Source: Lama glama (taxonomy: Eukaryota). Taken from it: a DNA stretch of 64,000 nt. Position 1 is the stretch's first letter; each line of letters starts with the position of its first letter. Made by a program: the position numbers and the translations under genes. Positions 60,320 to 64,000 of this stretch are shown here, piece after piece. The notes below the pieces were generated by a model. The model had not been told where the DNA came from. It saw only the letters and a list, made by a program, of their open reading frames with translations, and made no database searches. The stretch is from the NCBI GenBank assembly GCA_028534125.1, contig CM052818.1:22384001-22448000 (forward strand), given 5' to 3'.

Positions 60320-60800
60320 TTTTAATACAGAGAGTTGATTCCTGAGACTTATTCTAGGGGCATACATGCAACACGTGTAAAGACTTAGCTACCGGGTTGT
60401 TCTTCACTGTGTATTTACAAGCCTGAAAAACTGGAAGCAACCTAAATGTCCAATAAGAGGGGACTGGTTAAGTAAATTATGACCCATCCAGAAAATAAGA
60501 CGCAATGCCGCCTTTAAAAGATGATGTTGTTGAAGAACAGTGAATAACCTAGAAATAAGTTTATAGCACAGTGAACAGAAAAATTAAAAGCTGATAAATA
60601 TAGAAAAAAATCTGATTTTGAAAATACGTCAATTCACTAAAAATGTTTGAAGGATATGCACCAAAACATTGACTGGTTGTGAGATAATTTTAGATTCCCT
60701 CTTTTCCCCTTGCTTTTATTTGGGTTTTCTTATCTGAATTTTTAACTTTTTCTTGAGTCATCATGCACCTACTTATATACCAAGGGCAAAACGATTTTAA
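60320..60800 (+). mobile_element. L1ME-type 3' fragment
   Basis: AAAAACTGGAAGCAACCTAAATGTCCAATAAGAGGGGACTGGTTAAGTAAATTATG...GAAGGATATGCACCAAAAC. Confidence 0.7.
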
Positions 60801-61521
60801 AAAATTATTGTTGTTTCTATTATTTTACATACCAGAACCTCCAAGATTTTGTTCAGGAAGGAGAATTTCTGGGCAGGAGGGACAGCTGGCCCAAATAGCC
60901 CTAACTCTGTCTCCCTCTGCTCACTCTCCCCTTTAGGTCACTTTTCTTCGTCCCCACTGCCTCCCCCTGGCTAGCCCACCAGGATGTCACCGTCCCATCA
61001 ATTCTCTGGACCAAGCAGAGCTAGAAACCCAGTCTTTGGCTTCTTTTAGCAGAGCACGGCTGGGAAACCTGGGACAGTTATGCTAGATGGTGCTAATAAA
61101 CCCTCTGAGGAGACAATAGGAACAGAAACACAATACCTAGAAGGACTATAAAACCACCTTGACTCCCTCCAGAGGCCAAAAGGCTAGCAGGGTCCCCGTC
61201 AGAGAAGGGAGGTTACCATTTGTGAGCCCCCACTGGGCCACAGGCACCAGATAGGACACTTGACCCCTGTTGTCATACACCTTTGGGGACCCTGCTGTGG
61301 CAGCCTACTCTGAGCCAGAAGGCAAGAGAAAAGCAGAGGGACTGGGGCCGGTTTCTACCACCTGGTCAGGTGTTGATATCAAGGCTGCAGGGAGGCAGAG
61401 TGTTCTAGAACTCCAGCCATCCCACTGTGCTGGGTGCTGAGTGTCTAAGGCTGATCTCTGCTCCTAAGGGTCTCACAATCCCTTGGGGCCAACCGATGGG
61501 CACAGCTAACAAGCATATGGC

Positions 61522-62010
61522 AAGGAAATCTTGTCATTTCCAACAACGTGGGCGACATGGAGGACATCATGCTGAGTAAAATAAGCCAAACCCCGAAGGA
61601 CAAGTTCTGTGTGATCTCACTTGTATCTGGAAGTTTAAAATGTCCAATTCACAGAAGCAGAGGATGGATTGGTGGTTACCAGGAGCTGGAAGGTGGAAGG
61701 AAATGGGGACGTGTTGGTCAAAGTGTTCCAAGTTTCAGATACGCAGTATGAGTAAGTTCTGGACATCTACTGTACAGCACAGTCACTGTAGTTAATATTA
61801 TATTATATACTTGAAACTTGCTAAAAGAATAGCTTTTAATTGTTTTCATGAAGAAAAAGAGGTAATATGTGGCGTGACAGTTGTGTCAGTTAGCTTGGTT
61901 GTGGTAATCATTTCACTACACATACATATATCAAAATATCATGCTGTACGTCTTAAATAAATGCAATTTTTATTTGTCAGTTATACGTCAGTAAACCTGG
62001 ACCAAAAAAA
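61522..62010 (+). mobile_element. L1MA8/9-type 3' end
   Basis: AAGGAAATCTTGTCATTT...GGAGGACATCATGCTGAGTAAAATAAGCCA...TATACTTGAAACTTGCTAA...TTGTGGTAATCATTTCAC...TTTTTATTTGTCAGTTATAC followed by an A-tail. Confidence 0.85.
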
Positions 62011-62688
62011 GGAAAGAAGGAAGGAAAGACAATGTATCCCTACCACACAGATTTGTTAAGTAAACTAAATAAGATAACACCGATAAAAGCTGGTCACACG
62101 ATAGCCTATGAAAAATAAGTGCTGCTTGGGAAATTTATGTACTTTCTGTTTCATTTTGCTGTGAACCTAAAACTGCTCTAAAAAGTAAAGTTTAAAAATT
62201 AAAAAATTTTTTTTTGTTAAAGACAAGCATATGGCCTGACAGACAGGGAAGACTTCCTGGAGGAAGTAACATTTGAGCTGGACCTTGAGGGATGAACAGG
62301 TGAGCCAGATTTCTAAAGGTGGGGAAGGTGGAAAATGCACTTCAGATGGAGATACTGATTTGCTGTGGAGGGAGCAGGAGGCCCACTCATCAGTTGGATA
62401 TGAGGGTGTGGAGCACATGGCCTTGATTTGGGGTCACCCCTGGGACATGACACTCCTAGAAAGTAGAGAATGAGAGGAGGTGGGGTTCAGAAGAGAACCC
62501 TGGAGCACACGACCACATTGGAGGTGGGGTAGGAGAGTGTTAGGAGGGGACAGAGGAAGAGGATCTGAGAGGCGGGAGGACCACCAGGGGAGTGGGCCGA
62601 CACAAGATTTAAGAAAGAGCAGTGTGGGAAATATCCAACATTGCCAAGAGGGCTGGGTGGTGGGGTGCATGGGGCAGAGGTCAGGAGG

Positions 62689-63160
62689 TGTCTGACTTTC
62701 TTACTGCTGTGTAACAAATCACCACAAATGGAGTAACTTAAACAATACAACTTTATTCTGTCAGTTCTAGAGGTCCAGAGTCCAAAATCAGTCTCACTGG
62801 GCTGACGTCAAGCTGTTAGCAGGGCTAGTTCCTCCGGAGGCTCCAGGGGAGAATCTATCTCCTTGCCTTCTTCAGCCTCTAGTGGCGGCCTTTGCTCTTT
62901 GGCTTGTGGCCCCTTCCTCCGTCTTCAAAGAGCATCACTCTGATCTCTGCTTCTGTCATCCCATCACCTTCTACTCTTTGATCTCCTGTCTCCCTCTTAA
63001 AGAACCCCTGTGATTCCATTAGACCAACTCAAATAACTCAAGATAATCTCCCCGTCTCAAGATCCTTCATTTACTCACACATGCCAAGTCCTATATATGG
63101 TGGCATGGACAGATTCCAGGGCTTGAGACGTGAACATTTTGCATATTCAGCCTTCCACTA
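62689..63160 (-). mobile_element. MLT1C/D-type solo LTR
   Basis: TGCTGTGTAACAAATCACCACAAA...CAGTTCTAGAGGTCCAGAGTCCAAAATCAGTCTCACTGGGCTG...GGAGGCTCCAGGGGAGAATC...ATTCAGCCTTCCAC. Confidence 0.8.
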
Positions 63161-63724
63161 TTCAGGTGGCAGAAAGAGATGGGAGCAGAGAAGGTGAGTG
63201 GAGACCATTCAGCAGGAAGCGAGTGAGAAAGAAAGAAGGAATGAAACAGTCATCCAGGGAAGACCACGACTGGTTGGAGAGAAACGGTTTTTAGGATCTT
63301 TTTTCCCAGATCCCATTGCATCTCCTTTTCTCCCTCCTGCCCTCAGCTAATTATAAAATTAGAAACATAACTGTCGATTCCATAAGATACGGCTTCCCCT
63401 CACTCATGCTATCCATCCACCCAGGGGTCTTCCAAGCCACGTAAGTTGAAATCTGCATTTTTAAAAGATTGATTCTTATTTTATATCCAGATTTTCCTTA
63501 ACTAAAAAACCAAAGCTGATTATATTATTAACTTTTCAAGTTCAAATATTGATGTCCAGTTTAGAAAGGTGATGATTTAATTCACGTTCCTCAACATCCA
63601 CTCAGTCCCTTCTGAAAAACATCTTGCTGTGCAATTGATTTTAATTCTTCAACTGATTTTACGTGTAGCTTAATTTATTCTCCAGCTTTATTGTGGTATC
63701 ATTGACAAGGGATCTACATTTTTA

Positions 63725-63850
63725 AGCCACAAGGAAAAGTAACCCAGAGCTACCAAGAATAATACTTTATTGACTTGGAACGAGTTTTGGAATCTGTATT
63801 TTTAACCAACGAGGTGATTTTGATGATCAGACAGTTTGAGGTGGTTTTCC
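63725..63850. mobile_element. MER5A-like fragment
   Basis: GGAATCTGTATTTTTAACCAACGAGGTGATTTTGATG...CAGTTTGAG. Confidence 0.5.
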
Positions 63851-64000
63851 TCCCTCCCCCCTTTCCTCTTTCTCTTCCCTTCAGTAAACTGTTTTTCAAC
63901 TTTGTTTTTCAGTGAAAACCATTTCCTCCTCATCGTGGACTCCATCCAGAGGCTGCGCCCATCTCTCCCACGTCAACAGTGCTGTGTCCTTGGCGGAGGA

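Noticed and set aside
1..64000. CRISPR array, prokaryotic defence/operon system, or identification of a host gene
   Set aside because: No regularly spaced repeat-spacer units or gene-dense ORFs; the sequence is mammalian and repeat-rich, and I recognise no exon that would name the locus

Overview
Mammalian non-coding genomic DNA, most likely camelid (alpaca/llama/camel). The lineage call rests on three tRNA-Ala(AGC)-derived SINEs with the vic-1-type body and tail, plus cetartiodactyl-type L1 3' ends. No protein-coding gene, tRNA/rRNA gene, CRISPR array or prokaryote-type system is supportable; the ORF track reads as chance or repeat-derived ORFs in GC-rich DNA. The window is largely an archive of old transposable elements (MIR, L2, L1M, MaLR/MLT1 LTRs including one LTR-internal-LTR provirus, LTR16-like, hAT MITEs). 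These are interleaved with two small CpG islands (~11.7-12.5 kb, ~35.3-35.7 kb) and repeat-free islands rich in developmental TF motifs, which suggests an intergenic or intronic regulatory landscape. The most notable structures are a ~200-bp fold-back inverted duplication (37890-38088), a probable ancient L1 3' transduction bounded by a 13-bp TSD (61509-62235), a TACTAAC x4 palindrome/duplication knot in a MIR (4632-4705) and a nested, alternative hairpin in unique DNA (51647-51738). I did not find a demonstrably new biological system. Repeat subfamily names and most repeat boundaries are by-eye recollections of consensus sequences and need RepeatMasker/Dfam confirmation.
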